A stretch of 63,365 nucleotides of DNA, filler included, from Globobulimina sp. (GCA_003354225.1; 55 parts of 55 records of this genome joined end to end with filler, not necessarily neighbours in it); one strand, 5' to 3'. Numbered from the whole stretch's first letter, positions 35,790 through 49,670 are shown. Made by a program: numbers and translations. The notes: generated from the sequence alone by a model not told the origin.

Positions 35790-35871
35790 TAAAACTGCCT
35801 TTAAAACTGTATATAAAACTGCCTATAAAACTGCCTATAAAGTGCATAATCAGCCTATAAAACTGCCTATA
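35790..35871 (+). repeat. 12-bp tandem repeat TATAAAACTGCC upstream of the LINE ORF
   Basis: Five to six degenerate copies of taaaactgccta. Confidence 0.8.
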
Positions 35872-36130
35872 ATAATTTAAATTGATTGTTGTCGTTCGTC
35901 AGGTCGGACGGTTGGTTGTGTGCTTTTTTCTCCACAGCTTCCCCTCCGTTTTAAACAAGTTATACTTGGTCGTTTTCTACGTTTTATACCTCAATCTGTT
36001 CCTAATTGCCTATGCTATTCCTGGATCTCATCATTTCCATCTAAATCGGCTCCTATTATCGATTATTTCCTGATTATTTTTTCACTATTTTTGCTCCGTT
36101 CGCCAGGCTATAAAGTAAACTTGACGCGAA

Positions 36131-36843
36131 ATGTCGACTCTGAATCAAGATGATGAGGATCTCTACAGTATTCCATCTCCTCCGAAAGGAAAATCACTAC
36201 TGTTTTCTGCGAATATAAATGGATTAAGAGGGAAACTTGACGTTGTTTCTGGTACTATTCTAACTTATAAACCTGCTGTTTTTGCCCTCCAGGAGACAAA
36301 AATTAATTCCGGGCACAAAAACTCTGAATTTATTATTGATGGATATGAACTTTTTCGGCGTGATCGTGTCAATTCCCGTTGCGGTGGAGGTGTTGCCCTG
36401 TACATTCGATCAGACCTCAAACCCCGCAAAATAGCCCCTCGCCATACTCCCACTGGCCTGGAACTCGTAGCTGCCGAAATCCGTTCTGGGAGTAGGTCAC
36501 TTATTATTGCTTCTACATATCGTTCGCCAAATGGACAAAATAAATCGGATTTTCTAGACTGCTTATCAGAGTTTATTGTCAATATGGGGGATCAAAGAAA
36601 TCGTCTTATTATACTTGGAGACACAAATATTGATGCTTTGCAACCTGATGATGAGTATTTTGACTTCTGTCACAATTACGAAATTTCACAAATTGTCAAT
36701 CAACCAACTCATGTCCTTCCCAGAAGTTTTTCATCAATTGATCATATCATTGTACCAAGTTGTTGGCCATCTCCAGCATGGGGAACAGCTGGTTGTATTG
36801 AAAATTATCATCGTATGTTATGGGTTCATATACCATTCATAGC
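36131..36843 (+). mobile_element. Non-LTR retrotransposon (CR1/Jockey-like) APE endonuclease domain, 3'-partial
   Basis: SANINGL, ALQETK, GYELFRRDR...GGGVALYIR, TYRSP, ILGDTNID, NQPTH and SSIDHI. Confidence 0.9.
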
Positions 36844-37068
36844 NNNNNNNNNNNNNNNNNNNNNNNNNNNNNNNNNNNNNNNNNNNNTTAATTAATTAAN
36901 NNNNNNNNNNNNNNNNNNNNNNNNNNNNNNNNNNNNNNNNNNNTATGGCAAGCTTTTAAAAACAAAGAACCTGCGCACATTTTTCATGTTAGTCGATCAA
37001 AGATAGACATGTATGATTTTCATTTTATTGCACAGTAAAACAAGATAATAATAACTTATCGTCACAGA

Positions 37069-37608
37069 ATGCAGAAATCCGAAGACATTCAAATGAAACG
37101 AAAACATATAATCGACGAAGTGTTAAATGCATATAATTCGCGACCAAATAGATTGACAGAGTTTATCTATGAAAAAGATGCAATATTTGAAGATCCAATC
37201 GTTTATATGAGAGGTAAAAGTCCCATAACCGCCATGATTCATGGTTTGCCATTACTTACAAGGGAGTTTAAAGTATGTACTTATACTCTGCGAAAATGCG
37301 TATATTTTATATTTAATTTAATACTAAAATGTCAGACAGATTCAGATGAAATCGAACATTATGAGGATGCAATTGTGATAAAACATAATGTTACACTTCA
37401 AGTTGGCATTTGGTTTCGAGGAACAGTCGGTTGTACACAGTATTTACTGTTAAATGATAACAATGATAAAATAACAAAGCATATTGATATGTGGAATGAT
37501 AAACCATTGTTTCATTTTTATGGCGTAGCTAAATGTATGAAATTTGTGAATGGCAATTGGATCGCTCGCATTATATATGGACTGCCATCGGGAAGATTTA
37601 TTGAATAA
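37069..37608 (+). CDS. NTF2/SnoaL-like fold protein (intron 37273-37335)
   Basis: YEKDAIFEDPIVYMRG...KITKHIDMW; a 63-bp GTATGT...CAG in-frame intron. Confidence 0.7.
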   Translation: MQKSEDIQMKRKHIIDEVLNAYNSRPNRLTEFIYEKDAIFEDPIVYMRGKSPITAMIHGLPLLTREFKVCTYTLRKCVYFIFNLILKCQTDSDEIEHYEDAIVIKHNVTLQVGIWFRGTVGCTQYLLLNDNNDKITKHIDMWNDKPLFHFYGVAKCMKFVNGNWIARIIYGLPSGRFIE

Positions 37609-38445
37609 AAATTAAACAAATCTCCATTATTTTATGTGTGTAAAAGTAGTAAATTATCGTTATTTTGTTGAGTGTAATTTTTTCATTTTAGTAGTTATTA
37701 AATATAATTATATATACCTATCACCGTCAGAGCAGATCAGATCCGGTCAGTCACGGAGTTATGGCCATGACGTAAAAGAAAAAGTAAAATTATAAACTTA
37801 TATTGAAAAAAAAACATACAAATTAAAAATAAAAATAAGACTAAGATTGTTTTAGATGCAGTATAAACTTATGTCGTTTTGATATAAATACACTTCGAGA
37901 CGATTTCAACCCATTCCAAATACTTATGAATAAAGCAAATGGTGACCATAAAATACCTAAAAACTCTCGCCAGGTATAAGTAATCATCCGTGGCACCNNN
38001 NNNNNNNNNNNNNNNNNNNNNNNNNNNNNNNNNNNNNNNNNTTAATTAATTAANNNNNNNNNNNNNNNNNNNNNNNNNNNNNNNNNNNNNNNNNNNNGAT
38101 ATGATGTGAGTTTTCTTTTTTTTTGTGTGTTTTTCTTTATTTTTTTTATTATTAATATGCAACATACATGCAAGTGATGCAACAAGTAATAACTTTATTT
38201 TGTAAATATGTGTATTGATCGAATGTTGGATATGTAATCTTGAGGAAAAAGTCACAGTCCTGCAGGTTTTTCCGAAAATAGCCAATATCTATTATATATA
38301 TTGAGAAAATGTCTGTATCCATTATAGAAGAATCGGGATCGACATATTATGACATACAAGCAAGTTGAATGATATCCGTAAAGCATGACAATTTTTCTTT
38401 TTAATTGCCATATGTTTGTATAATTTATAGTTACAAGAAGCAGAA

Positions 38446-38919
38446 TTGGAGCGAGAAATGGAAATATTAAATAATAAATCACAATGCCGCATTGATGATA
38501 ATGATAAATTATCATTATTTTATCAACATGAACTACAGCAATGGTTAACACGCATTGATAAAAAGAAGATAATTTGGGAAAAGAAACGTAATGATTTATC
38601 CGAAAACTGCACAAAATTACAAGAAAGTGTGCAAAATAAATGGTCGTCAACCAATACAAATTTACAACACGAAAAAGAGAAATACTACAACATTATAACC
38701 AAACTATTACCAGAATATCAAAAAGTAATTGAAAGGAAACAAATGAGAGAAATATCGGAATACGAATCAAAAGTATCATTGATACAGGAAAGAAGGCACA
38801 TTGCTGACGTTGCATTTGAAAAAGAAAAGAAATTATTATCTTTAATATCAATCCGGCACAAACAACTGGAAAAGGTACAAAACGAAGAAAAACAAGAGGC
38901 GCTAATCCGAGAACATGAA
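38446..38919 (+). CDS. Coiled-coil protein exon
   Basis: E/K/Q-rich heptad pattern preceded by an intron-like AT tract and AG. Confidence 0.45.
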
Positions 38920-39078
38920 AGAAAGTCAATTGTAGAAAGAAAGGCTGTTGGCACTTTCGGACAAACTCAAATCATTGCCACAAATATTGATTTTGGACTA
39001 ATCGTTCAGTCTGTAAACAGAGATTTTAACATCAATCGTTTAGAACGATACTTAACTATTTGCAATGCTTCCAACATC
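38920..39078 (+). CDS. rsgA: Fragment of bacterial ribosome small-subunit GTPase RsgA embedded in a chimeric contig
   Basis: RKSIVERKAVGTFGQTQIIATNIDFGLIVQSVNRDFNINRLERYLTIC matches the RsgA Q.IAAN.D...N.RR.ERYL block; the rest of the GTPase is absent. Confidence 0.8.
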
Positions 39079-39511
39079 TGTGGTTTGATGGCCACCCGGT
39101 TGCATTGCCTGCAATGCAAAGGCCTTATTCATTTTGTTTACAAAATGTAAANNNNNNNNNNNNNNNNNNNNNNNNNNNNNNNNNNNNNNNNNNNNTTAAT
39201 TAATTAANNNNNNNNNNNNNNNNNNNNNNNNNNNNNNNNNNNNNNNNNNNNACATATTATATTATATTATATTATTTTACTTACAAACATCCATAAAAAG
39301 CATTATAAATGCATGCTATAATATTTTACTCACAGCATAATATATATCCTTGCAATCTATAATTGTTTGTCTGATATTTTATGGGAAATGATACTAAGAA
39401 AGATGTTTTGCTCAAGTATTTGAAGACAATTTTTCTACCTTAATTTAAGTTTTAATTCACAATTACAACTCTGTTGCTTTGATACAGTATCAGTCCGCGT
39501 TATTTAACAAG

Positions 39512-40305
39512 ATGAGCAGTTTGTATTTAGCCTCAATAATTAGCACATTATATTTAACTGTAAAACCAGCAGTCACATGGACTGAAAAGAATTGTGATGA
39601 CGAATGGGGTCGTCTTCCAAATTATGATATTGAAGCAGATCGTGTCTATTACATCGCCTGTGTCGAAATGAAATGGAATTATTGTCCGTCAGGATACAAT
39701 TTAATATCAGGTAAGATTTGTTATTCGATCTGATCTGCAAATTAACTATTTTCAGACATGTATTTTCGATGCATATGTTTTCCAATTATATTTTTTCAAT
39801 TTAGATTGTGATTGGATGATATTTACAAAACTATTTTTTTTTTAATCTTAGCATATACAAATTAAGCAAACCCAATTACATACAAATTAAATTAAAAACA
39901 GGTGAACAGATAACCGAAGGAACGCAAGCAGCGACCTGGTGTTTACACGATGGCGATAGGATTGGTGCTGAATACTGGAAGGGATTATACCGTGAATTTA
40001 CAGACAGCTGTTTTGATGAAGAAGTTGAGCGAAGAGACAGAGACAAACATTTAGGTGCATTGGGACCAAATATTCGAGCTCAAACTGGCGATAAAATCCA
40101 AGTGTTTTATAAAAATAAATGTTCATTTCCTAATTCAATCCATGCGCACGGTCTTAAATACGATAAATTATCAGAAGGCGCACCGTATGCTGATAATGAT
40201 GGAATAACTGATGGTGACATTGTTGCTGCAAATGGCGGGAAATGGATTTATGAGTATGATGTCCGAGAAAATATGGTTGACGAACATCATAAATCTAAAA
40301 TGTGG
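39512..40305 (+). CDS. Ceruloplasmin/hephaestin-like multicopper oxidase, N-terminus (intron 39711-39901)
   Basis: Signal peptide, RVYYIACVEMKWNYCPSG|, RIGAEYWKGLYREFTD, HLGALGPNIRAQTGD and SIHAHGLKYDKLSEGAPY. Confidence 0.9.
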
Positions 40306-40840
40306 NNNNNNNNNNNNNNNNNNNNNNNNNNNNNNNNNNNNNNNNNNNNTTAATTAATTAANNNNNNNNNNNNNNNNNNNNNNNNNNNNNNNNNNNNNNN
40401 NNNNNTAAATCCACAAAGAGATAATATTGTCGATAATAATAAAATTCCGATCGAAAATCTGACGGTCCAATGACAAATAATCTGAAAATCACAGCAAGAA
40501 AAAATAAAAAATAAAAAATAAATATTTTTAATTGTTGATAAGAAAAGGAACCTGTTCATATTTTTTGATATAGGCAATAATTGTGCACATCGACGAGACA
40601 CTCATAACAAATGTAATAATACATAATATTTCTAACAGTAAGCATTCAATCAATCGATAATCAGGATTTAACCATAAATACCAGCGGATATTATTCAATC
40701 CATGCAAGAAATAAGCGCTCTCGAACATGACCTGCACAAAAATGCACTGTTTTTCGGAAGAGTTTGGGCAGAATCAGAACCTTGAAAGTGTTTTATTTTC
40801 ATATTATAAAACCAGACAAGACGTTTCCTGCAAGTTACTC

Positions 40841-41458
40841 TTATTTCAGTTGTATAATGTTATTGATTTGTGACCAAAAATTATATTGTTTATAAGCTTT
40901 TTTGATATCAAATAATATGGGACAGTCCAATGATATGCAATGGTTATTTATATTAATTTTATCATTTTTACAAATACAATTTCTACAAATTCTTTTCAAT
41001 TTATTCAATTTGTTCTCAAATTTGTTTTTATTTTTAATAATGACGTAACATAAATTTTGTGTATCATTTCTACATTGCACACAAAAATATTTATGTTTTG
41101 TTAAATTATCACAAATTAAACAGTGTTTTGATAAATAGAATGAATCCAAAGTTAAAAATTTGTTTTTTTTTGCTTTACCATTATTCTTTCTATCAATATC
41201 AATACGTTGTCTTTTAATTTTTGGTTTTTTCATATTATTAAACCAAACCTTGATATCAATCTCAATTAATTCTAATATTCTACCAATTGCGGGATTTATT
41301 TGTCTGGTGATATAATATAATGCATTTATTTTATAATTGTTATTCCGATCGAATATAAGCAACGGATCAATTACCATATCAATTAAACGCGAACCTGGAT
41401 TGCCATAAATAACAATATATGGTATTCTTTGTGCATACAACGGATATGCTCTTGAGTC
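40841..41458 (-). CDS. REV3: DNA polymerase zeta catalytic subunit, C-terminus (CysA/CysB)
   Basis: RIPYIVIYGNPGSRLID, INALYYITRQINPAIGRI, WFNNM, TLDSFY, CLIC...CVQC and CRNC...CISLDCPILF. Confidence 0.92.
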   Translation of the reverse strand, partial: DSRAYPLYAQRIPYIVIYGNPGSRLIDMVIDPLLIFDRNNNYKINALYYITRQINPAIGRILELIEIDIKVWFNNMKKPKIKRQRIDIDRKNNGKAKKNKFLTLDSFYLSKHCLICDNLTKHKYFCVQCRNDTQNLCYVIIKNKNKFENKLNKLKRICRNCICKNDKININNHCISLDCPILFDIKKAYKQYNFWSQINNIIQLK

Positions 41459-41608
41459 NNNNNNNNNNNNNNNNNNNNNNNNNNNNNNNNNNNNNNNNNN
41501 NNTTAATTAATTAANNNNNNNNNNNNNNNNNNNNNNNNNNNNNNNNNNNNNNNNNNNNCATAATAAACTGACTGATTTCATTCTGATCGGTCAGATTTAT
41601 TTTCTGAT

Positions 41609-42264
41609 CTAAAATTCTGACCTAATATCGAGTACAGAGACATTTTTATATTCATAGGCATACCACGCAATATTTAACCTGATCCCATAAAGAAATTTTA
41701 ACCAAAAATCAAACGATTTCAAACATAATCTGAAAATAATACGATTCACCGCCAAATATGCTGAACCTGCATACATCCCAACAATTAAAATCAAGAAAGC
41801 TAATATAACATCGCTCGCTATTGAAGATTTACCGTACCATGAAAAATATGTTGATAACACAGCAACGCTGAATGCTAAAAATAACATGAGAAATAACAGA
41901 TATTTGCCATGCAAAAATTGAAGCACTTTTTCACCTCTATCCACACCAAATATTGAATGTAAAAATGTATCATTTTTTTGAAAATAAAACGTTAAATCTT
42001 TTTTCGAACTCACTGTCGTTAATTGCGATGTAATCACTTTAGAATCCTTGATTTTGGAATTATTTACATCAACACTGGCAGCGATACCACTGTTATCATG
42101 GCCTGTTTATAACATTGCTCAATGCATAAAAAATTATATATGTGTTGTGTGTTCAATTAACTTGGTTCTTTATTTTCATCTTTATCAATATCAGGTTTAG
42201 TCTGAGAGTCTAAATCTATACTCCTCGCCAATTGCACAGCGTTGTTCTTTATATCTGACGACAT
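41609..42264 (-). CDS. Multi-pass membrane protein, 5' exons
   Basis: ATG at 42264 (MSSDIKNN...), a GT-AG intron, then two to three TM segments ending SFDFWLKFLYG. Confidence 0.5.
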
Positions 42265-43012
42265 GTGCACTTATTGTTGTGTCTTAAACATGTACAGAGA
42301 ATTAATTCGAATGTTCTAACTTAATATAAATTCAACTTACGATTTTAAATCAATTATACGTAAAACAACAAAAAGCAACGCATATCACATGTTATATATC
42401 GCGCAAACAACACCAGCGTCACAAAAACAAAGTAATCCCACTTCGAGCAGCACGCACGTTATACTTTTGAAATGAATAAATTGAGCAAATTGCTTCTGTT
42501 CCACATTTGCATTCCAACAAAATGAAATCACTATCCATACAATGGCAGTAATTATCACTCCAAATAGAATGACATAAGCAGATACAGTCCAACTTTGTTG
42601 CAAACCAAATGNNNNNNNNNNNNNNNNNNNNNNNNNNNNNNNNNNNNNNNNNNNNTTAATTAATTAANNNNNNNNNNNNNNNNNNNNNNNNNNNNNNNNN
42701 NNNNNNNNNNNTGAATTTTTAATCAATAAAAGAAGTTCAGTTTTAAGAAATAAAGCGTTCAAAAAGCAATTGATTGAGTATCAAACTTATCTTCAAAAGC
42801 AACAAACTAAAAATAAAACAAAAGCGGAGTAAATCCTTCAGGATCCGTAACTTTTTGATAGAAGGGCCATACTGTTGTCTGTCGATGTATGGTAGAAACC
42901 AAAAAAACGAACCATGATCGGGTGATGCTTTGAGAACTTGTTGTTTGGAACTTGTTATAGCACGAGTTAAAACTTTTGAGTGTACAACTTGTAAAACATT
43001 TAATTCAAACAA

Positions 43013-43764
43013 ATGTCGTTTAGAAAAATAAATAAATCCAGCCCATCACAACGTAGCCTCAAAAATCCAAACAATGAATATTTCAAACAATCCAAGTCTT
43101 TGTTGCACGAAATATGCCTGATTCTGCAATTATCATTGCCTATTGGAATAGCAATAGTTTCAGAGTGGATACCTGTTTATGCTGGTAATGCAGTGCTCGG
43201 TCATTTAGAAAATGCAGATTTGATTTTATCAGGAGCTGGACTAGCACGCACATTTAATAATGTAACGGGTGCATCGCTGGCATGGGCATTTACTCAAGGA
43301 TTATTCAGGTGAGTACGTTAATACATTCCTTATAATAAAAAAATTTAACAATGTACTAGTTATACGTTTTTTTTATGGTTAAAAAATCTGACGTTGACAA
43401 AATAAACATGCTTCTTCACTTTTTTTTCATTTACGGTCAAATAGAAACAATATACGGTCATATGACAACGATATACTGTCAGATAGAAACAATATAAAGT
43501 CAAATGTAAACAGTATTTGTAGACTTGCGGATATGTGCAGTATATTGATTCAGTTGTACGTACAACCTTGTTTTAGATTTATTGCATGACTCTGAAATTT
43601 CTTGCCATGTGTATATTATCTATTAATTTCAGTCTCCCCATAATGTAAAGTTTAATTCCGCAAGCAATTGGACAAAATAGAACTGATTTATTAGGTTTAT
43701 ATTTACAACGTGCTGCATTGACATGTTTTCTTCTCGCTTTCCCATTATCCTTTGTTCAATTATT
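43013..43764 (+). CDS. MATE-family transporter, N-terminus (intron 43309-43650)
   Basis: EICLILQLSLPI...VLGHL...LSGAGLARTFNNVTG...GLF|SLIPQAIGQNRTDLLGLYLQRA. Confidence 0.9.
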
Positions 43765-43929
43765 NNNNNNNNNNNNNNNNNNNNNNNNNNNNNNNNNNNN
43801 NNNNNNNNTTAATTAATTAANNNNNNNNNNNNNNNNNNNNNNNNNNNNNNNNNNNNNNNNNNNNAATTAAATAAAAAATATAGCAAAAAAAGAAAGAAAA
43901 ACAAACGAAAAAAAAAAAAATAAGAAAAA

Positions 43930-44917
43930 TTGAAAGCTGCCGGAATTAGACTGGTCAGCGATGGAAATGCAATGTTGAGTATCCCCGAAAATAACACTTG
44001 TTTTCATTCGAAACCAGCCCATGTTCACAAACAAAAACTGCAGCAACAACAACAAATTTGTGAGATAATGAATAATAATAATTGCAATCCCTGGGATGAA
44101 GCCAATAAAATTCGTAAACAAACCGTTGAAAAGGAAACGAAGCAAACCCAGCAAATTGTTGTTGCGCAGAAACGCGGAAAAATTGCGTTGCAAAAAGAAA
44201 TCAACAAAAAAAAATCAAAACAATTAAATAACGCATTCGAAGCATTACATCAACGAATGATTCAAGAAAAATTGCAAAAATGCCAGCAAATTTTAGATAA
44301 AGCGAGTACTAATAACTGTGCTACTAAATTGCAGGCTGAATTGGAAGAAAATTTTGAGGATTTATTTCAAATCCATTCCAATATTAACAATAAAGAGGAG
44401 ATAAAGCCGAGAGTACATGCACCAAAACCTCAAAGTTTTTCGAGTTCAACTTCAGTCTCACTCCATGCAGCCGCTACATCTCAGACACAGTCAAGGCAGT
44501 CCTTGCCGTCCGTGGTCATCCCATCTGTCCCTATTCCAACAGCCATGTCACCGCAAATCTCAATGGATGAAAAAGCAGAATATAAAGAAGAGAAAGAAGA
44601 GGAAGAGGAAGAGGAAGAAAGTAGTTTGAGTGTAACCAAAAGCCGAAGAATAAAACTCCATAAAAATGAGGATGGCTCAACATCTGTTTCAGAATCAACC
44701 TCTGTTGACACATCACCACAAAAAGCACCTGAACAAAATGGAGCAATTTGTGATAAAGTTATTGTGCCAAAAAAATGGTTCGAATCCTTATTGGTACAAA
44801 TGGGAAATGAAGAAAACAGCGAAACCGAATCCGAAATACAAACAAATATTACACATCATAGCAACGATCAAATTGCAATGAATCGGACCTGGTTTGAACA
44901 ATTATTGCAGAATATTT
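43930..44917 (+). CDS. Hypothetical coiled-coil / low-complexity protein, partial
   Basis: Long open frame with Q/E/S-rich tracts and a repeated WFE.LL motif. Confidence 0.5.
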
Positions 44918-45017
44918 NNNNNNNNNNNNNNNNNNNNNNNNNNNNNNNNNNNNNNNNNNNNTTAATTAATTAANNNNNNNNNNNNNNNNNNNNNNNNNNN
45001 NNNNNNNNNNNNNNNNN

Positions 45018-45591
45018 TAAAATGTTTTTTTATTCAATAAATACATTAATCATCGTAGCAGCTCCATTATCTATAAGCATTGGATTTATTTATATACCGT
45101 ACAATGGATCAGTATCAAGCATTGCATTTCAATCTTTTCGTATTTTGTATATTATTCTAACTGTACTTTTGCTGACTATGTTCAGCAGAAAAATGTTGCT
45201 GTTGCGATATGAATATACTTCTGTATGCAAATCAAATTCAGTGGCAATGACCAATGATGCTGATGATGAAAAACATGACGATGCAGATATTGCACAAATG
45301 CAAAATGATGAGACTGTCAGATTTTATGTGGAGCTCACCACAAGAAATGCAATTTTAGTATTTTTTATCTCTTTTTCTGCGATTTTAGTCGCATTTTGGT
45401 GGCTTGTATTTAGTTTTATGGTGCAACAAAATCATTTAACATTATTAATACCATTAACTATGTTTGCCATCGATAGTTTCCTCGATTCAATATTTATTTA
45501 TCTATTATTTTATTTTGGAAAGTCTTTATATTATACATTATGCAGAAAATGTGACGAAATATTATTAAGTAATTTAAAGGAGAGAACATAA
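45018..45591 (+). CDS. 7TM/GPCR-like membrane protein, C-terminal helices
   Basis: Four hydrophobic segments around an acidic loop, ending IDSFLDSIFIYLLF...YYTLCRKCD. Confidence 0.55.
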
Positions 45592-46170
45592 ATTATGTAA
45601 GCTATAATTTATAGACTATCTCATCTGACTATCATGTACATTATTTATAATTATCAAATAAACTATTCCGCTTTCTTTATGTTTTCAGTGTGTCAATAAT
45701 TTGACCCTATGTGGATCCACACAGTGTTCATGGACAGAATAACTTGGATCTTATGGGTCAAATTATCAAACATTTTGTTTGTAGTGCCTAGATTGTAAAA
45801 TATTTTAATAATTAACTAGTAATATCCAGCAACTTTTGAATTGTTTGCCTGTCGTTATGTGTAATATAGATAAATGCAAAGGAATTTCTGAAAAGGAAGG
45901 ATCATACCCTTCCCATATCCTTCCTATATGTAGCCAAGATATATCCAGATACTTCTCAGATGTATCCAGATGTATACAGATGTATCTCAGCTATATCTCG
46001 ATACATATGGGATATATCATATCATTCATATGTCTCTAGATATATCTACATATATCTGACATATATCAGANNNNNNNNNNNNNNNNNNNNNNNNNNNNNN
46101 NNNNNNNNNNNNNNTTAATTAATTAANNNNNNNNNNNNNNNNNNNNNNNNNNNNNNNNNNNNNNNNNNNN

Positions 46171-47223
46171 ATTCTACAATAGGCCTTAGCAAATTTTTCT
46201 AACCTAAAACAACCAGAAACTTTTTGTTTTACTTTTGACATTCTTAAATCCCTCTCAGCACGGTTGTTTGTAAATGATACATTTGGATCCCGAGCAAATA
46301 ATAAGACAGCAACTTCATGTTCTTTTAAACGATCTAATAAATTATGCGCATCAGATTTTGCTATTTTCCCGCGCTTACCGTTTGACTTCGGGGGTATCAC
46401 AGGCAATTCTTTTTCGCCTCGAGTGATAATATTTCTGTATCGTTTTTGTAAATTTATGTAATTTTTCTTTGTTATTTTTTTTCGTTTACTTTTAGATACC
46501 CTTTTGCAGGTTTCTAGGAGTAGCTGTTTCATATTAATTGCCCACGCATAACCATTTGAATCAATAACATGGGTCAATTCCCTGGTTAAATGAGAACCAC
46601 ATAAACCATGTTTACAATTAGAATAAGACAAATAAGAACGCCAACAATCATGTATTATTGTGCCACCATAACGTGGAATTATATTAATATCTTCAATGGC
46701 CTGTTTGCCTCGGTCTTTATGCAGAAATTTTAAAGTGACATCATCAGATGAATACACGTGTATCCAGTGGTTTTTTTTATTAACGCGCAAAGATGTTTCG
46801 TCAACATGCATTGCAAAGCTATTTACAAGGGTTTCTTTTGAAGATAATTCCCAGTTTTCTAAAGCGAAATATAATCGTAAAATAAATTTTAACATTGTCG
46901 CTTCAGCAATAACGGTTCCAATCATAGCTGTCATCAGCTTTTGAGCGCGATTTATAGAAAGCATTTGCCCAACTAATAAATTAACAATATAAGCTTTTAA
47001 GCCATTGCCATATTGCAAAGGTCCCGACATATATTCAGGAAATTTTCCTTTTACGGTTGGGTCACCATACGGACATTCTTTGATTTCTGCGTCTATATGC
47101 TCAACTGTTTTTTCAAAAAGAATATCAATTCTTGTTCGTCTTTCATGACCATGTGATGGTAGATCGCTTAAATTCTCGCCACAAATATTACAAAAATCAA
47201 CGGGAGCAATGGTAAAGCTCTTT
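46171..47223 (-). mobile_element. Bacterial IS66-family transposase (TnpC), internal fragment
   Basis: CNICGENL zinc finger, LQYGNG, HVDETSLRV, IHDCW, HGLCGSHLTREL and FTNNRAERDLRMSKVKQKVSGCFR; frame open across the whole contig. Confidence 0.95.
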
Positions 47224-48476
47224 NNNNNNNNNNNNNNNNNNNNNNNNNNNNNNNNNNNNNNNNNNNNTTAATTAATTAANNNNNNNNNNNNNNNNNNNNN
47301 NNNNNNNNNNNNNNNNNNNNNNNGTTTAAAGCTAATTTTATTTAACCGGAATAAAGAATATTAATACAGTAATACTAAAGCATATACAGTATAGTTTGAT
47401 TGATGTGCAAGGATAGAAAGCTAAGATCTGACAATTAATTGCCAGATCTGGCTTTGTGTTGTTTTTTGTTATGATGACGGCGATGCACTACACCATCATC
47501 ATAATCATCATCAATATTCTTTTTTTTAATCATTTTTCTTTAATTTTCTCATCATTCACATTCACATACTCCACCATCTAATTTTTCAATTCCAAATCTA
47601 ATATTCATGGCAGTTCTGTTGATGGCGCCGTTTTCATTTAATTCCCAATACAATCCCACTCAAATTCAAATCCAATTTGATCCCCCTTCCAATTCAATTC
47701 TATTTCAATCAATTTAAACATGATTCTCCTTCCAAATATCCATCTATATATAATTGCAAAATATATCTCTTACTTTGCCTAAACAAAACAAATAATAAAA
47801 CATAAAAGAGACTTAACTGCTCTCTGCTTGCCTGTAGAAGCCATGTTAACGCCATGTTAAATGTTAAATTGTTGATGATTTGAAGTAAAAACACCAACAA
47901 CTTGCAAATCAAGTAGCAATGCGGTCATTATTGGGTTTAAAGGCATGGAATTGGTATGGATCGATACAGAATGATCGGGACTATGATTTTGGACTCAATA
48001 TCTGTCATGACATTACACAGTCCATTTAAAGTATGTTTAAATGGAGCAAATGAATTTAAAATTTCAAAATATGTTACATATATATCTGTTATAGACGTGG
48101 TTCAATTTTTTTCTTGATCGCGTCTTTCAATAATTTTTTCTCGCTACATAGGTAACACTCGATTATAGCGGAGAAACAAGCAAACCAAAGGAAAAAAGTT
48201 GCGGAAACGGGTATGATTATAATGGACATAAGTTAACAACCTGTCTATTAAAATCCAATTTTTTCAAATAATATTTTAATAACACACATAAATAAACAGA
48301 TTATGGAATCAAATATGGATTATGGACAAAAGAAAATATTGCATCAAAAGTTTGTGGCGATTGTGCGAGAGTGAATNNNNNNNNNNNNNNNNNNNNNNNN
48401 NNNNNNNNNNNNNNNNNNNNTTAATTAATTAANNNNNNNNNNNNNNNNNNNNNNNNNNNNNNNNNNNNNNNNNNNN

Positions 48477-49529
48477 AAAAGAAAATATAAAGATGAACAT
48501 GCAGCAAAAAGTGAAGTAAAAAATACATTAAATGAGACAGATTTATTTTCATCATTATCAAAAGAATCGGTGTGCAATATTCTTGATTATTTGGATAAAT
48601 GGAGCATAGAAAAACTCAAAACAATTTCGCGTCAATTTGGCATTGTATGTTTAGAACAAATGAGCAAAATTAAAATCAGTATGTTTAATATGAATTATTT
48701 GATGGAATGTGAAGATACTGAAGAACCATTAAAATTAAATACAATATATAATGATAAAATGAATCATATTCGTTACAATGCCAATATGCGGTTTTCTGCT
48801 ATTTATCAAGAATGGGAACGAAAATATAATATTCCCGAATGCTATCAATTAATATTTAACAATCTAGGAAATCCCACACCAAATAATGGGATTGCTTCTG
48901 CGCTTTTATTTGATGCACAAAGGGCTGCCACACAAAAAATAAAAAATAGTTCTTATTTGCTTGTTGATAAAAGAAACGTTATTTGTTTCCATGGGAATGA
49001 ACAGAAAAAATTAACCCAATTAGAAAATGTTAGTAATTTAAATTTAAATAAATTATTAGTTTTGGAATATTTTGATGTGATCAATCAAACATTACGCACA
49101 AAACAATTTATTTTATATAATGGAGACGTGGATATTGCAAAAATGTCAACCTATATACAAGACAAATTTATTTCAATTAATGATATTAATAATAGTTGGC
49201 AGTCGGAGTTAGGAGCTATGGATAATTCCGTCAGCAAATTAATATTTTATAAACATGGTCCGATGGGAGGATTATCCAAATGTCGTCAATCCGGACCAGT
49301 ACATTGTATGCGATTAACTTTTGAATTAAATACTAAACAAAAAGTGATCAAACAGAAAATCAATCAAAGTAAAATAGAATATCATCAAAACATGATTCCA
49401 TTTGCGAGTGATACCAAAGAATTTTATTATGTGCATCAAAAACGAACAATTTATGTTAATGCGGTTACGAATAAATCTTTGTTTCAAAATAACGGACGTT
49501 TTATGATTCGTATACAAACAGCACCTTAT
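48477..49529 (+). CDS. F-box-like protein, partial
   Basis: FSSLSKESVCNILDYLDKWSIEKLKTISRQF fits the F-box consensus; frame open across the contig. Confidence 0.55.
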
Positions 49530-49670
49530 NNNNNNNNNNNNNNNNNNNNNNNNNNNNNNNNNNNNNNNNNNNNTTAATTAATTAANNNNNNNNNNNNNNN
49601 NNNNNNNNNNNNNNNNNNNNNNNNNNNNNTGTAAAGAAAAAAGATTAGACCATCATCACCGTCGCACTCC

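Noticed and set aside
38446..39150. Novel coiled-coil-RsgA fusion or HGT
   Set aside because: Only about 50 aa of RsgA with no GTPase motifs and abrupt ends on both sides; best explained as a chimera.
45696..46070. Terminator or regulatory element
   Set aside because: A 12-bp inverted repeat (45696-45707 / 45755-45766) and degenerate GATATATC/GATGTATC microrepeats in eukaryotic intergenic DNA; no function supportable.
46171..47223. IS66 inserted in the eukaryotic genome
   Set aside because: The contig is entirely transposase with no flanks; bacterial DNA in the sample is the simpler explanation.
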